Shown piece by piece: positions 27,401 to 34,074 of a DNA stretch of 64,000 nucleotides. The notes beneath the pieces are model-generated. The model was not told where the DNA came from. It made no database searches and saw only the letters and a list, made by a program, of their open reading frames with translations. The stretch's first letter is position 1. Every line of letters starts with the position of its first letter. The DNA is from Candidatus Thorarchaeota archaeon (lineage in GTDB: Archaea > Asgardarchaeota > Thorarchaeia > Thorarchaeales > Thorarchaeaceae). A program made the position numbers and the translations under genes. Location of the stretch: positions 10,875-74,874 of the forward strand of contig PRDI01000039.1 in NCBI GenBank assembly GCA_003345595.1, written 5' to 3'.

Positions 27401-30106
27401 ATTGTCATCCATGTCCTCATGAACGATACTCTTCACGGAGTGCCTATCACGGGAGTGACTGTCACCTACACCTTCGGCCAAAACTCAGGTAGTCTTGCAC
27501 CGACGTCACCAAGCGGCAACTACTCAGCAGTCATCGATACCTCATTGGTGGCTTGGGGCGCCACCATAGTGCAGATTCGCGCTGAGAAGGATAACTATGC
27601 CTTGGCTGAGGCCCAGATCACGCTGAATGTAGAGAGACTGCCAACATACCTGACCTCAGATGCCTACGCGATTGATCTGCCCCGAGGTACTCCTTGGGTC
27701 ATCATCGTCTACTTGAACGATACATACAACAACCAGCCAGTCATCGGTGCAACTCTACGTATCTACTGGTCCTATGGAATCCCTCAATCTGATTACGTAA
27801 CGCCTCTCGGACTTGGGTATTATCAGTATTCACTGGCCACCGCGTCTGCTAATGTCGGTACTACCTATACAATCAGTATTGTAGCCACAAAGGCCAACTA
27901 TCTGAATGCATTGACTACTCTCACGCTCACTGTAACAGCTACACCCACCTTTACGAGGCCTGACAGTGAAACCAGCACGTACGACAATAGGACCTTCTAC
28001 TGGTCCGAAATCGTGAGAGTAGGTGTGTTGGTCACCGCCAATCTGTCGCCGCTAGACGTGGATTACTACCGGAACGATGTAGTTGTCACATGGCAAAGCC
28101 CGGGCGGACTAGGCGGTACTTTCACTCGTGATTCAGACGGACACTACACCTACGTTCTAAACACATCTCTTCTCTCTGCAGTCACATATACGCTCTGGAT
28201 AACCTCGAGCTCAGCAAGCAACCCGGCCTTTACTGATTCCAGTATGGTAGTCACAATAGTGATCACAAGGATTCCGACTTTGGTGAGTTCACCCAGTTCC
28301 CAAGAGAGATACTGGGGCTGGAGCGGATGGTTCGTGTTCAACTACACAAATCCTGTGACGAACGCTTCGATAGGTAACGTGTCCTATGGCCATGCTGTGA
28401 GTGCGACATACCTGTGGGACAACGTGCAGTACGATGCGGTCTACTGGGGGAATGGGCAGTATGCCATCTTCATTAACACCACTGATGTTCTGCCTAGCAC
28501 TCAGGCGATTAAACTGGAATTCCGCTATGACAACTACATACCATCATCCGGATCATTCAATCTCGTTGTGAAAGGAATACCTACGAACATCAGAGTCTAC
28601 TATCAGAATGGGATCTACAATCCAGACACGGGCATGTATAGGGTAGCATACGGTGATGACCTTGTTCTGATATTTTTCTACAATGCCACAGTATCCTCCA
28701 ACGACACGCCTTTCTTCGGAGGCATTGAGAACGCCTCCTGGTCAGGCGATTACGGCTTTCCAGCACTGATTCCGCCCGACGCTTTGGCTGGGTCTGTCAA
28801 CATCACACCACTTGCCGGTGGTAACTACAGTCTAGTCTTCCGCTCCGCCAATTACAGGATTCATACAAGTCCGTATCGCCTGAACATCATGGCCTACCTT
28901 GCCAATAGAGACGCAAAGACCATCGATGTATTCATCAAGGTCGAGTCAATTGATACTGACCTCACAATAGAGGGGATGCAGGGTAACTCACTTTCTATGT
29001 CCTACGGTGACACCAGAACTCTGACACTCCTGTATTATGACAACTGGACGCTGCATAACAGGCCCGGAATATCCGGAGGATATGTTGAACCACGCATCGG
29101 CAGTTCTGTTCTCGTGATATCGACTAGCGAACTCGGGAATGGAAGGTATGAGTTGACCATCTTTGCAGACCCTGGCTGGATTCCAGTGTTCTTGCAGGAG
29201 AACCGACTCTATGTTGACATACAGCTGTCCGCGCTTAACTATGCCAACATCACAAAGACGATTACCGTTGTAGTCACGCCAACTGAGATCCAGAAGACTC
29301 TGACAGCCGCCGTGAACTATGGCTTCCCAATCTTCTTTGTGGCAATGACGGCACTTCTTCTCTGGGTGAGGGTCTTCAGCGTGCCCAAGCGACTGCGCCA
29401 GATCAATGCGCAAATCAAGGCATTGCGCAAGGGCCGGATGCCCAAGCCAGTTGGTGAGGCCAAGAGCAGAGAGCAGCTTGTCGCCGACCTGTTCAATGAC
29501 ACGTTTGCCGAGCTCAGCCTTACTAGGACGGCAGACCAGATGCCTGCTGAGTCAGTGACCATTGCGATACCCGAGATGGGCGAGCTCTTAGTCCAGCTAT
29601 CATTGCTCACGCACCTCAACCAGCAGGAACTTGACGACTTCAAAGCTGACATTTCCAAGATGAAGATGAGCGAGCAGGCCGCGTTCGTCAAAGAGGTGAT
29701 CACTCAGGAGGCTCTTCGTGTCGCTCGCCGCGAGGGTAAGACTGTTGAGCAGGTCCTTGCGGGCTTGAAATCCCAGACCACAAAACGACTTGGTGAGGAG
29801 AAGCCAGTCGAGGAGGTGCCCGAGGAAGCCGCCGAAGAGCCAGTCATACTGAAACGTGAAGCGAAGGTTGTCGAGAAGGTTCCAGCTCCCTCAGAGAGGG
29901 TGACCCCAAGGCCGACTCGACCCGTCGGCGAGGAAGCAGCGCCTGTAGGAGACAAGCTCAGTCCCTTCGAACTCGCTGAGCTCAAGAAGCAGCTCGAAGC
30001 GAAAGGTGTACCTGCAAATGAGATTGACACCATAATGGAGCAGGCAAAGCAACTGCCTCGTGACCTTGTCGAAGAGCTCGTTAAGAGCATCACCGGAGGA
30101 GGGTAG
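18482..30106 (+). CDS. Giant (3874 aa) cell-surface glycoprotein: signal peptide, many Ig-like beta-sandwich repeats, single C-terminal TM helix, ~250-aa cytoplasmic tail
   Basis: N-terminal hydrophobic signal; S/T/V/Y-rich ~100-aa modules with recurrent P(W/Y)G, G.G.Y and I.GA.V; many N-x-S/T sequons; IPKGAGITSAYL module; TM YGFPIFFVAMTALLLWV. Confidence 0.92.
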   Translation: MKRGSISAIVMTMLFLITAVDFAGSPIAAVPEARSGLMDEGFTEAGQPAYTGTGAARTATLKGLVTNTSAGPLIIDTASADYARVNVPSGWTGTYVRSDINMMSMWSDDELNNGKLDTYHDELWLGMNYDSEAVAVPNLWTLVKSESGTGSGRELHPLHGIFELNAWSGDGYGGSGSMGWLFEAAWASANVLTANDEVYLSQQVEVAHRDLFSAKVTFMYNVYSSSSMLNQTHLFVRIGSSVTKLYVFESTDVQSTWLQASVDIPVSAFLTTTVPCQLLLDVGLATDLSGSQANARTSQVFIDEIQFLLQVRPFPEQIALKANGTALAGSTSGSVSPYVPDGANRDCYDDVSTGVDLDGYSNNGILDVGHWDTTWNVASTFQVGFQFQLSIPKGAGITSAYLEVEAAETSYTPGMRIYVADADTVSAFTSGLPHLESRYTWVQTSIDWNPTAWTTDVRYASPDISGLIEKVVTRSGWASGNYICLMLNFTYSTYYQCYNGIKGTSAYDGVDLARLFVNYVTAGATPEKYTASGTWTGPRALSVTYTTTSKPVVTLDTATSVNVTTTLSSLDNSNSVGTTFSVSNASSVTWTGNVLVSPPAGVGYTNISFSKPSTWTFVSLTDADGSTRTSEVTTTTTEVRVKSSVVDVFGIWRFVFTASDGATNLQCGVNAGSYASTYTYTVGSSACFRGAAPPTANSVERLLLTAPNGQLFYAADNISQDSSGYFTWTGITVTGSWAAGVWSADVNLNNTRGAYPSITGRYSRTFTVVHATSLALQSPVSQTSTKTAGDLLYVEVKLTDTDNLALIGGATVTMNWTVSGTPTVKTLDDFGNGLYGKTLNTTDLGTAKRWRIQLSASRQYYTGSTTYFNLDLCHTTYLTYQTPVSTPYGDDFKVKVNLYDAFSGALISGATITSNATLFGSPTDHGNGSYTVTLETSGLGVGDYLYRINAAPSSTYLLSCSVNIKFTLRNIFTATFFVGGSGVSTPYSVSSSKVITYNDTDHASAGIAGAGNSVQSPSGIVATVSDSGGGRYTVNINVGTKSIGTYLINVTLSKTSYYSSTIRISLTITAHNTYIVAKYTTPVPWGFSSPFTVSWYDADASGANISGSVAVSSVTVNGQSYGSSLSFTYISSSLTVGSYNLNVTVNSGNANYKSSWEVVTIVVRAHYTTIAAVVGNSTPWGFNTVVTVTFWDTDAGVQVPLANVSTIVYTPTGYAVQTPTKSYTPTLTTNTWGVGVVSTTVSATCVLSNKFYTSAVNSFIISIRAHHTTVSAVTGSSTPWGFNTPVMVTFWDSDTGSEVPLANVSTIQYSPTGYAVQTPTKSYTPTLTTNTWTVGAVSTGISVSCVDSNKYYNTASSSFVITVRSHHTSLSASVIGPTAWGFNTAANVVFWDTDSNSQVPLANVSTIQYSPTGYSVQSPTKSYSPTLTTSSWAVGTVLTGISASCMSSNAYYEAASSTFNIVIRAHRTSVSAKGGMTSPYGNNTPVSVVFWDLDSDVQVSLANVSAGGVSFNAGALGTQSFSTYTPTLLTGTWSVGTHSVTLTVTCVQTNKFYDTASYTFTITIRSLGVYLYHEPSDLVFPSGDSFTIVLRINVSEPGNQYNGNPIIGLTAGEFTVTNSTYTFPKTIAGLGAGRYNLTISSSYLNMNAYTITVVVDPTSLNYATASLVISFSYRPARSYLSSPSYPHVTTPYGIDIAISLNYTDVDRNKGIITAAVSAQGISIYGIQNLGNGIYRVTLNVTGLSKGDHLFNISASAPQYETKILTFTLTVRIAYTSAIPTVGSLDIPVGNSPIFFVRFWDTDRDQPVTSASMTSSWIRTLTAIYLPAEQRYQVQFVTLDTDELRPNLVVRFNFSYGENYQFGIFNITVTIRTHSTEFRLVSAVQPTSYNGMINISLYYGDLDNNAGIDSGLVSHKVKNSTGLVLSSLINSGSGYYVVRVSASQFRSLGLQTLTVYFNWTGSIYKYYNKTVVAGANIIGEDSKYTLLQASEPTPYLDNMSYTFLYAELYSGTGITNATQNVFISVMFQGESADLSKVNIWETNRGTSPGYYSIRFNTTLFAHTGLIYMNVFINWSKGVSPFYTNRTDVISVRILARDTLVSIFPPSPTAWGENATFSFTYDDVTGGGSEPIGIDAKMTISLSLSSFTLTYNSLTKTFSVSFSTSQSPIGDAPIGSKSFILNVRWAGSPYYANRTGLSVTITVIARQTVLDYQSPAPTQYLDNVTFIVTWTDVTASPVGITGATVTLYDGVTPVSATKYKVTPQGGGSYSVQLNTTYKASPGTYSLRIILTRPEFYIPLANSSRPFNIRYRVTLVSAELPGEVPYNSSVVVNVHYRDSLKLTEIGNGSGLTSIRILNGTGWLFTCSWQPAFAYYVLTVYTYNHPELQIGKLYTLHINMTYASQVPFYDWDDTFVSFQLRLRVTTLSASAPTSTPYLNYANFTIDYLDVDAGGMGIGSASISIRKGGVLLLLGTEYLATENSPGVWAISVNTTALGGLSTWQVVVYATWYGRPYYSNRTQSVDIPVIRRPTSVDILVPPSLTRYLDSVMFTIAYVDSGRGYYISGVSDKILILNGTKYLSSGQYTVVAGTFPGTFDIRINSTILSARLLTNYQLIVKVYWLISVPYYANSTTTVRVTTTNRVGTLTWNPIDNTPLGDLMNLTFYYKDSDTGAGIANAIVQFDCVQKPGLQVGVDYTIEKGTGASTGTYIVRVDTERLLGIRTYAFTLTVLWSPTTVPYYSNQTPRSIGGTVRIISASLTTGLPTPSTVPYYEIVSIDVTFDDADHLRPIPGVTKSNVSVTYVPGAQPEVWGFSELGGGVYRITVNISDSGLAGLKSLKIAFNWYPYTVLERQVQFQVRYRNGALSAPSTLPPFYAGDPSFIVLNLTDIDGGKPLAGGTLAITWGSTSSWQYIGSGLYNVSFATLGMPAGSRTMQIQASKANFTIQLLMVDVYLRAVPMAILPGEDLDGKSVYWGSTIVIHVLMNDTLHGVPITGVTVTYTFGQNSGSLAPTSPSGNYSAVIDTSLVAWGATIVQIRAEKDNYALAEAQITLNVERLPTYLTSDAYAIDLPRGTPWVIIVYLNDTYNNQPVIGATLRIYWSYGIPQSDYVTPLGLGYYQYSLATASANVGTTYTISIVATKANYLNALTTLTLTVTATPTFTRPDSETSTYDNRTFYWSEIVRVGVLVTANLSPLDVDYYRNDVVVTWQSPGGLGGTFTRDSDGHYTYVLNTSLLSAVTYTLWITSSSASNPAFTDSSMVVTIVITRIPTLVSSPSSQERYWGWSGWFVFNYTNPVTNASIGNVSYGHAVSATYLWDNVQYDAVYWGNGQYAIFINTTDVLPSTQAIKLEFRYDNYIPSSGSFNLVVKGIPTNIRVYYQNGIYNPDTGMYRVAYGDDLVLIFFYNATVSSNDTPFFGGIENASWSGDYGFPALIPPDALAGSVNITPLAGGNYSLVFRSANYRIHTSPYRLNIMAYLANRDAKTIDVFIKVESIDTDLTIEGMQGNSLSMSYGDTRTLTLLYYDNWTLHNRPGISGGYVEPRIGSSVLVISTSELGNGRYELTIFADPGWIPVFLQENRLYVDIQLSALNYANITKTITVVVTPTEIQKTLTAAVNYGFPIFFVAMTALLLWVRVFSVPKRLRQINAQIKALRKGRMPKPVGEAKSREQLVADLFNDTFAELSLTRTADQMPAESVTIAIPEMGELLVQLSLLTHLNQQELDDFKADISKMKMSEQAAFVKEVITQEALRVARREGKTVEQVLAGLKSQTTKRLGEEKPVEEVPEEAAEEPVILKREAKVVEKVPAPSERVTPRPTRPVGEEAAPVGDKLSPFELAELKKQLEAKGVPANEIDTIMEQAKQLPRDLVEELVKSITGGG
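21971..23173 (+). repeat. Four tandem ~300-nt (100-aa) intragenic repeats in the giant surface protein
   Basis: Units start at 21971, 22271, 22571 and 22871 (RAH/RSH). Units 1-3 share WGFNT, FWDxD, VPLANVST and PTKSYxPTLTT; unit 4 is more diverged but keeps FWDLD, LANVS and YTPTL. Confidence 0.93.
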
Positions 30107-30146
30107 TGGGAGAGCATAGCTCTTCTACGGCCCTCATGTCCTTCCT

Positions 30147-30911
30147 CTACTCTTCTTCCTCCCCAAGGAAGTGAGAGAGTGGCAGGGTGGTCCCAAAGCT
30201 GACAGGCTTTGAGCGCGACGCTCGTCTCACAGGGTATTGCGGGTGCTTTGCCAGTGTGTATTTGAAGTACGCCGCACTCTCCGCGACGTTGACATGTACC
30301 TGAGCACAGCTGGCGAGAGCCTTTCCTCCGGCAGGAAGATCGGGGCTCTTTGGAGAGGAAGGTGCTGATACCAGAGTCACTATTCCCCTGCTGAGAGTGA
30401 AAGCCATGAGTCTTGTCGCCATGTGCGAGAGCTGCTGCAGTCCCTCTCCTGTCAGCCCCTCTGTGATGTAGAGGTCAGGGAGTCCTGCGACAATGAGCAT
30501 CCGTGCAGGGGCTCTCTCAAAGAACTGGTCAAGCTGGTTCATCACTAGCTCGTACGTCTGGGACGAGTTGAACGCACGGGATATGTAGACACGGTCCATC
30601 ACATCTTCTGGCTCAAGTCCCAACTCAAACGAGAGGTCAGTCAATTTGTCAATTCTGATCATGTTTGCACTGTCAATGATGATTGTTGGACTGTTAATGC
30701 CTCCACGTTCCTCAGGGAGTTGTACTTGGACCGCAGCACGCAGAAGGTCCTCGTTCAGGCAGCGGCTTCCATAGAAGAGATGCACGAGCCCCATCTCAAA
30801 CCCGCCGCCCAGCAATGTGTCCAGAGGCTTACTCCCGGTACTCACTACCCGGCGCATCATTTGGTCTGCTGTCTGGAACCCTGCTCCTGTGAGCGCCTCT
30901 TGTCTATTCAT
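30147..30911 (-). CDS. RadA/Rad51-family paralog with degenerate Walker A and B motifs
   Basis: VSTGSKPLDTLLGGG, IIDSAN and VMDRVYISRAFNS match the RadA core; the P-loop reads GSRCLNED and Walker B reads LIVAG. Confidence 0.82.
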   Translation of the reverse strand: MNRQEALTGAGFQTADQMMRRVVSTGSKPLDTLLGGGFEMGLVHLFYGSRCLNEDLLRAAVQVQLPEERGGINSPTIIIDSANMIRIDKLTDLSFELGLEPEDVMDRVYISRAFNSSQTYELVMNQLDQFFERAPARMLIVAGLPDLYITEGLTGEGLQQLSHMATRLMAFTLSRGIVTLVSAPSSPKSPDLPAGGKALASCAQVHVNVAESAAYFKYTLAKHPQYPVRRASRSKPVSFGTTLPLSHFLGEEEE

Positions 30912-31055
30912 CCCAATAATAAGCCGTCATTACGGGTTATAATGACCCCTAATCATGGCCGGCGCCAGAGGAGCGCCTCGAATACTCATTTCAGAGATTA
31001 GTCCGAAACTGACTTAAGGACCGCACACGCTGCACCAATCTCAGGTGACACGAGA

Positions 31056-31481
31056 ATGGTCAAGTACGAAGGCTTCGATTTTCCAGACAGCCTGTTCTAC
31101 ACAAGCGACCAGATCTGGTTGAAGAAAGAGGACAAGACCGTAAGGATTGGATTCACACCCTTTGGCATGGACCTCGCGGGGAAGATCAAGTTCGTCCGGC
31201 TGAGACCGGCAGGCAAGCCGATTGAAGCGGGCAAGAGCATTGGCACGCTCGAGTCGGGCAAGTGGACTGGACCAGTGAAGTCCCCGGTGACCGGCATGCT
31301 CAAAGCGATTAACGAGGACCTCAAAAACACCCCCGGACTTCTTAACGAAGACCCGTACGGCAAGGGCTGGATAGCAGTCATCGAGCCCACGAAACTAGAT
31401 GCCGAGCTCAAGACGATGCAGGGTGCAACCGGGCTTGAGGCATGGGTCAAGAAAGAGTTCGCTGAGAAGAAGAAGAAGTAG
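31056..31481 (+). CDS. gcvH: Glycine cleavage H-like / lipoate-binding protein
   Basis: VRIGFT, LESGKW with the lipoyl-Lys retained, SPVTG, NEDPYGKGWI. Confidence 0.88.
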   Translation: MVKYEGFDFPDSLFYTSDQIWLKKEDKTVRIGFTPFGMDLAGKIKFVRLRPAGKPIEAGKSIGTLESGKWTGPVKSPVTGMLKAINEDLKNTPGLLNEDPYGKGWIAVIEPTKLDAELKTMQGATGLEAWVKKEFAEKKKK

Positions 31482-31494
31482 TGCACAATCGCGT

Positions 31495-31519
31495 GTGTGG
31501 CCGGTCAGACCGGTCACAC
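31495..31519. terminator. Hairpin between the convergent gcvH and cdc6-like genes
   Basis: GTGTGGCCGGT-CAG-ACCGGTCACAC (11-bp stem, one G-T pair) followed by pyrimidine-rich TCTCTCATTTT. Confidence 0.5.
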
Positions 31520-31523
31520 TCTC

Positions 31524-32666
31524 TCATTTTCTCCTAGTGAGTTCTCGCCTCATGCTCATTGCCGCATCATATAGCACCTCAGGGGGCACTAGGATATAGA
31601 GCAGATTGCGCGAGTAGCCAGACTCGAAGACAATACTCTGGAATATCAGAGTCTGAAGGCTCTTGTCTATGTCATCAGGTGTATAGTTGATGCCAAGTTC
31701 CTCGCACTTTATCATAACATTCTCGTTCAGTGTCTGACGGTCCACGTAGGTTTCTGTTCTGTATCTCATGAGATGCTCAGACATCACCTCAAGCACGAGC
31801 AGCGTCATGAAGTCGTTCGTGCTGATTGTGTCGACCACGTCCAAGTAGTCTTGGTCATGTCCGAGCGATACTATTCGGGCTGTCGCTGCACGGACTGCAT
31901 CTGAGTCTATCTCCTGGCCGCGCTGGGACAGAGGCCAGAGTGCCTTGAGTGCCTCTATTGATGTCTTGGGCTTGGATGCATCGAATTCACAGACGATGTC
32001 AGTGATGTAGCGCAGAACCTCTTCTGTGAGGCCAAGGGGGAACGTGTCTTCTACCCTCATTCTCACTATATCATACAGCTGTGACTGCGTGTATGTATCT
32101 AGGTGGACCTCAAAGTCATAGGCCATCTGTGTAGCTGGTGCCTTTGTCAACAACCTGTAGTCATGACTGTTCAGTACCCCTATTGTGCTCGCTTTGATCT
32201 CCTTAGACAGACGAGCGAGTTTAGAGTACATGTCTTCGTTTCCCTCGTCTATGTTGTCAATCACGAACACTGTTCTCTTCCTCGCATCCGTTGCCATACG
32301 CTTGAAGTGCATCCAGAGGACGTCCGCGTCGAAAGCGACTGTGATTGGCTTATTCTCTTTCCTATGGATGGCGTCGTTGAGCTCTGACACGATCTCGAGA
32401 ACGTCCTTGCTCTTGGCATCCACGTATATCGTGTGCGCGTCGAACCGTTCAGGAATGACCTTGGTCAGGAAGTACCGAGAGAAGACTGTCATGCCGACAC
32501 CGGTGATCCCATGAACAAGGCAGTTGACCCCGTACTCTTCTTCGTAGGCGTCCTTGTATACGCCTGTTATTGCTTCGAGCTCCCTGTCACGGTAAAGCAG
32601 CGTTTCAGGCACATAGTACGGGTCGAACAACCCCTTGGGACTGCGTTGCGGCCTGCTCATGTTCAT
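31524..32666 (-). CDS. Orc1/Cdc6-family paralog with degenerate ATPase motifs
   Basis: LFDPYYVPETLLYRDRE N-terminus, YTQSQLYDIVRMR, C-terminal wHTH; Walker A GITGVGMT (K to M), Walker B IDNID. Confidence 0.85.
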   Translation of the reverse strand: MNMSRPQRSPKGLFDPYYVPETLLYRDRELEAITGVYKDAYEEEYGVNCLVHGITGVGMTVFSRYFLTKVIPERFDAHTIYVDAKSKDVLEIVSELNDAIHRKENKPITVAFDADVLWMHFKRMATDARKRTVFVIDNIDEGNEDMYSKLARLSKEIKASTIGVLNSHDYRLLTKAPATQMAYDFEVHLDTYTQSQLYDIVRMRVEDTFPLGLTEEVLRYITDIVCEFDASKPKTSIEALKALWPLSQRGQEIDSDAVRAATARIVSLGHDQDYLDVVDTISTNDFMTLLVLEVMSEHLMRYRTETYVDRQTLNENVMIKCEELGINYTPDDIDKSLQTLIFQSIVFESGYSRNLLYILVPPEVLYDAAMSMRRELTRRK

Positions 32667-32688
32667 CGGCCGCTTGTCCTCTTGAGCG

Positions 32689-32696
32689 TATATAAA
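32689..32696 (-). promoter_or_regulatory. Candidate TATA box (leaderless transcript) for the cdc6-like gene
   Basis: TTTATATA on the minus strand 23-30 nt upstream of ATG 32666. Confidence 0.5.
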
Positions 32697-32736
32697 CCAC
32701 CCACGAGACGCATGACCGAAAGTATTCCATGTGATG

Positions 32737-34074
32737 CTACACCATGGAGCTTAGAACTTCGTTGCAGTTGGGCTGAAGGAGGAACGCGTTGAATCCTCCA
32801 CCGATGATTCCTCTCAGTTCCTGAAGCCTCGCCAGCTTGATCTTGTCACTGTAGGGCCACTTGTGCTCGGGTTTTGGCGTTATTCCCATTCTTTCACACA
32901 TGCGTACTATGTCAAGTACGGCTTCAAATATCTGGGCCTTAGTCTTTGTTTCGGGGCGTATCTCTCTGGAGTGCATTATGATTCCATAAGCCGGAGTGTT
33001 GTCGCCCAAGTACCACTTGCTCGGGGCATGACCATACTTTGCGAAAGGCGTGAACCCATGCTTCTCCAAGAGTGAATCTATCTTATCGACCCCACGCTGC
33101 ATCTTGGTCAGACTCTTCCCAAAGAAACCATAATCTTCGAAGAGAGCCATCTGGAGTCCTGTCTTCGGGTTGCGTTTGGGCAGCTTCAATCGAATATCCT
33201 TGAGCGTTGCCAACTCACTGTCTGACAGTTTCCTGATGTCCGTAATCTGTCGAAGCTCGGACTCGTAGCTCTCAGGGTATTCGAGTATGAGCATGGGTGG
33301 CTTGAGGTCACCGCGGACATCAGGATGGGCAGACACAACCGCCTCTCCATACCTTATCGGGCTCTTGGACTCAATCATACGGAAAAGAACTCTGCCGAGC
33401 TCATCACAGCTGTTGTATTCAGCAAGGCCTCCAACAAGGGTTTCGCGAGTGATAGGTCTGATGGCGAGACGCAATTCCGTCACAAACCCCAAGGTTCCAT
33501 GAGCGCCGGAGAGGTCGTGTATTCCCATGTTTGCCCCGTTAAGCGCAGCCTCAAGTTCCGAGTCGCCTGATCTGACACCATCTCTGTCGATGCTGATACG
33601 TCTGCCATCGTAGAGAACCATCTTGATTCTGACGACGTTGTCGCGCATAGTACCGTTGACCCACGCATCATTTCCACCGGCGTCTGTATTCACCATCCCG
33701 CCCACAGTCGCGACATCTCTACTGCTCGGAGTTACGTAGAACTTCATTTTTGATGATGCAAGTAGAGCATTGATCTCATCCGGAGTTGCCCCAGGCTGGA
33801 CATCCACGAAGCCCTGATCTTTCGAAACAGAGAGTATCTCCCTCATTCGGAGACTGCTTATCATGACCCTGTCGCGGTCGCCTCCGGTGCATGCGCCGCT
33901 CAGCCCTGAGCCTCCTCCCTTGGGCGTCACATCATAGCCCTTCTCTCTGGCCGTAGCTATCGCCCCCAGGACCTCATCTTCAGTTCTGGGATAGAACACA
34001 CCCTTGATCTTGGTGAAGTCCATGCGATAGTAGATTGAGGCGTTTGCGCCTATGGCGATGTCTCTGAGCTTCAA
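32737..34074 (-). CDS. FAD-binding oxidoreductase (GlcD/D-lactate dehydrogenase-like, PCMH fold)
   Basis: P.TEDEV, PKGGGSGLSGAC, ATVGGMVNTDAGG, GAHGTLGFVTE, C-terminal PEH. Confidence 0.85.
   Translation of the reverse strand: MKLRDIAIGANASIYYRMDFTKIKGVFYPRTEDEVLGAIATAREKGYDVTPKGGGSGLSGACTGGDRDRVMISSLRMREILSVSKDQGFVDVQPGATPDEINALLASSKMKFYVTPSSRDVATVGGMVNTDAGGNDAWVNGTMRDNVVRIKMVLYDGRRISIDRDGVRSGDSELEAALNGANMGIHDLSGAHGTLGFVTELRLAIRPITRETLVGGLAEYNSCDELGRVLFRMIESKSPIRYGEAVVSAHPDVRGDLKPPMLILEYPESYESELRQITDIRKLSDSELATLKDIRLKLPKRNPKTGLQMALFEDYGFFGKSLTKMQRGVDKIDSLLEKHGFTPFAKYGHAPSKWYLGDNTPAYGIIMHSREIRPETKTKAQIFEAVLDIVRMCERMGITPKPEHKWPYSDKIKLARLQELRGIIGGGFNAFLLQPNCNEVLSSMV

Noticed and set aside
31482-32736. 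Replication origin beside the cdc6-like gene
   Set aside because: The flanking intergenic regions are under 80 nt, with no ORB repeats or AT-rich unwinding element visible
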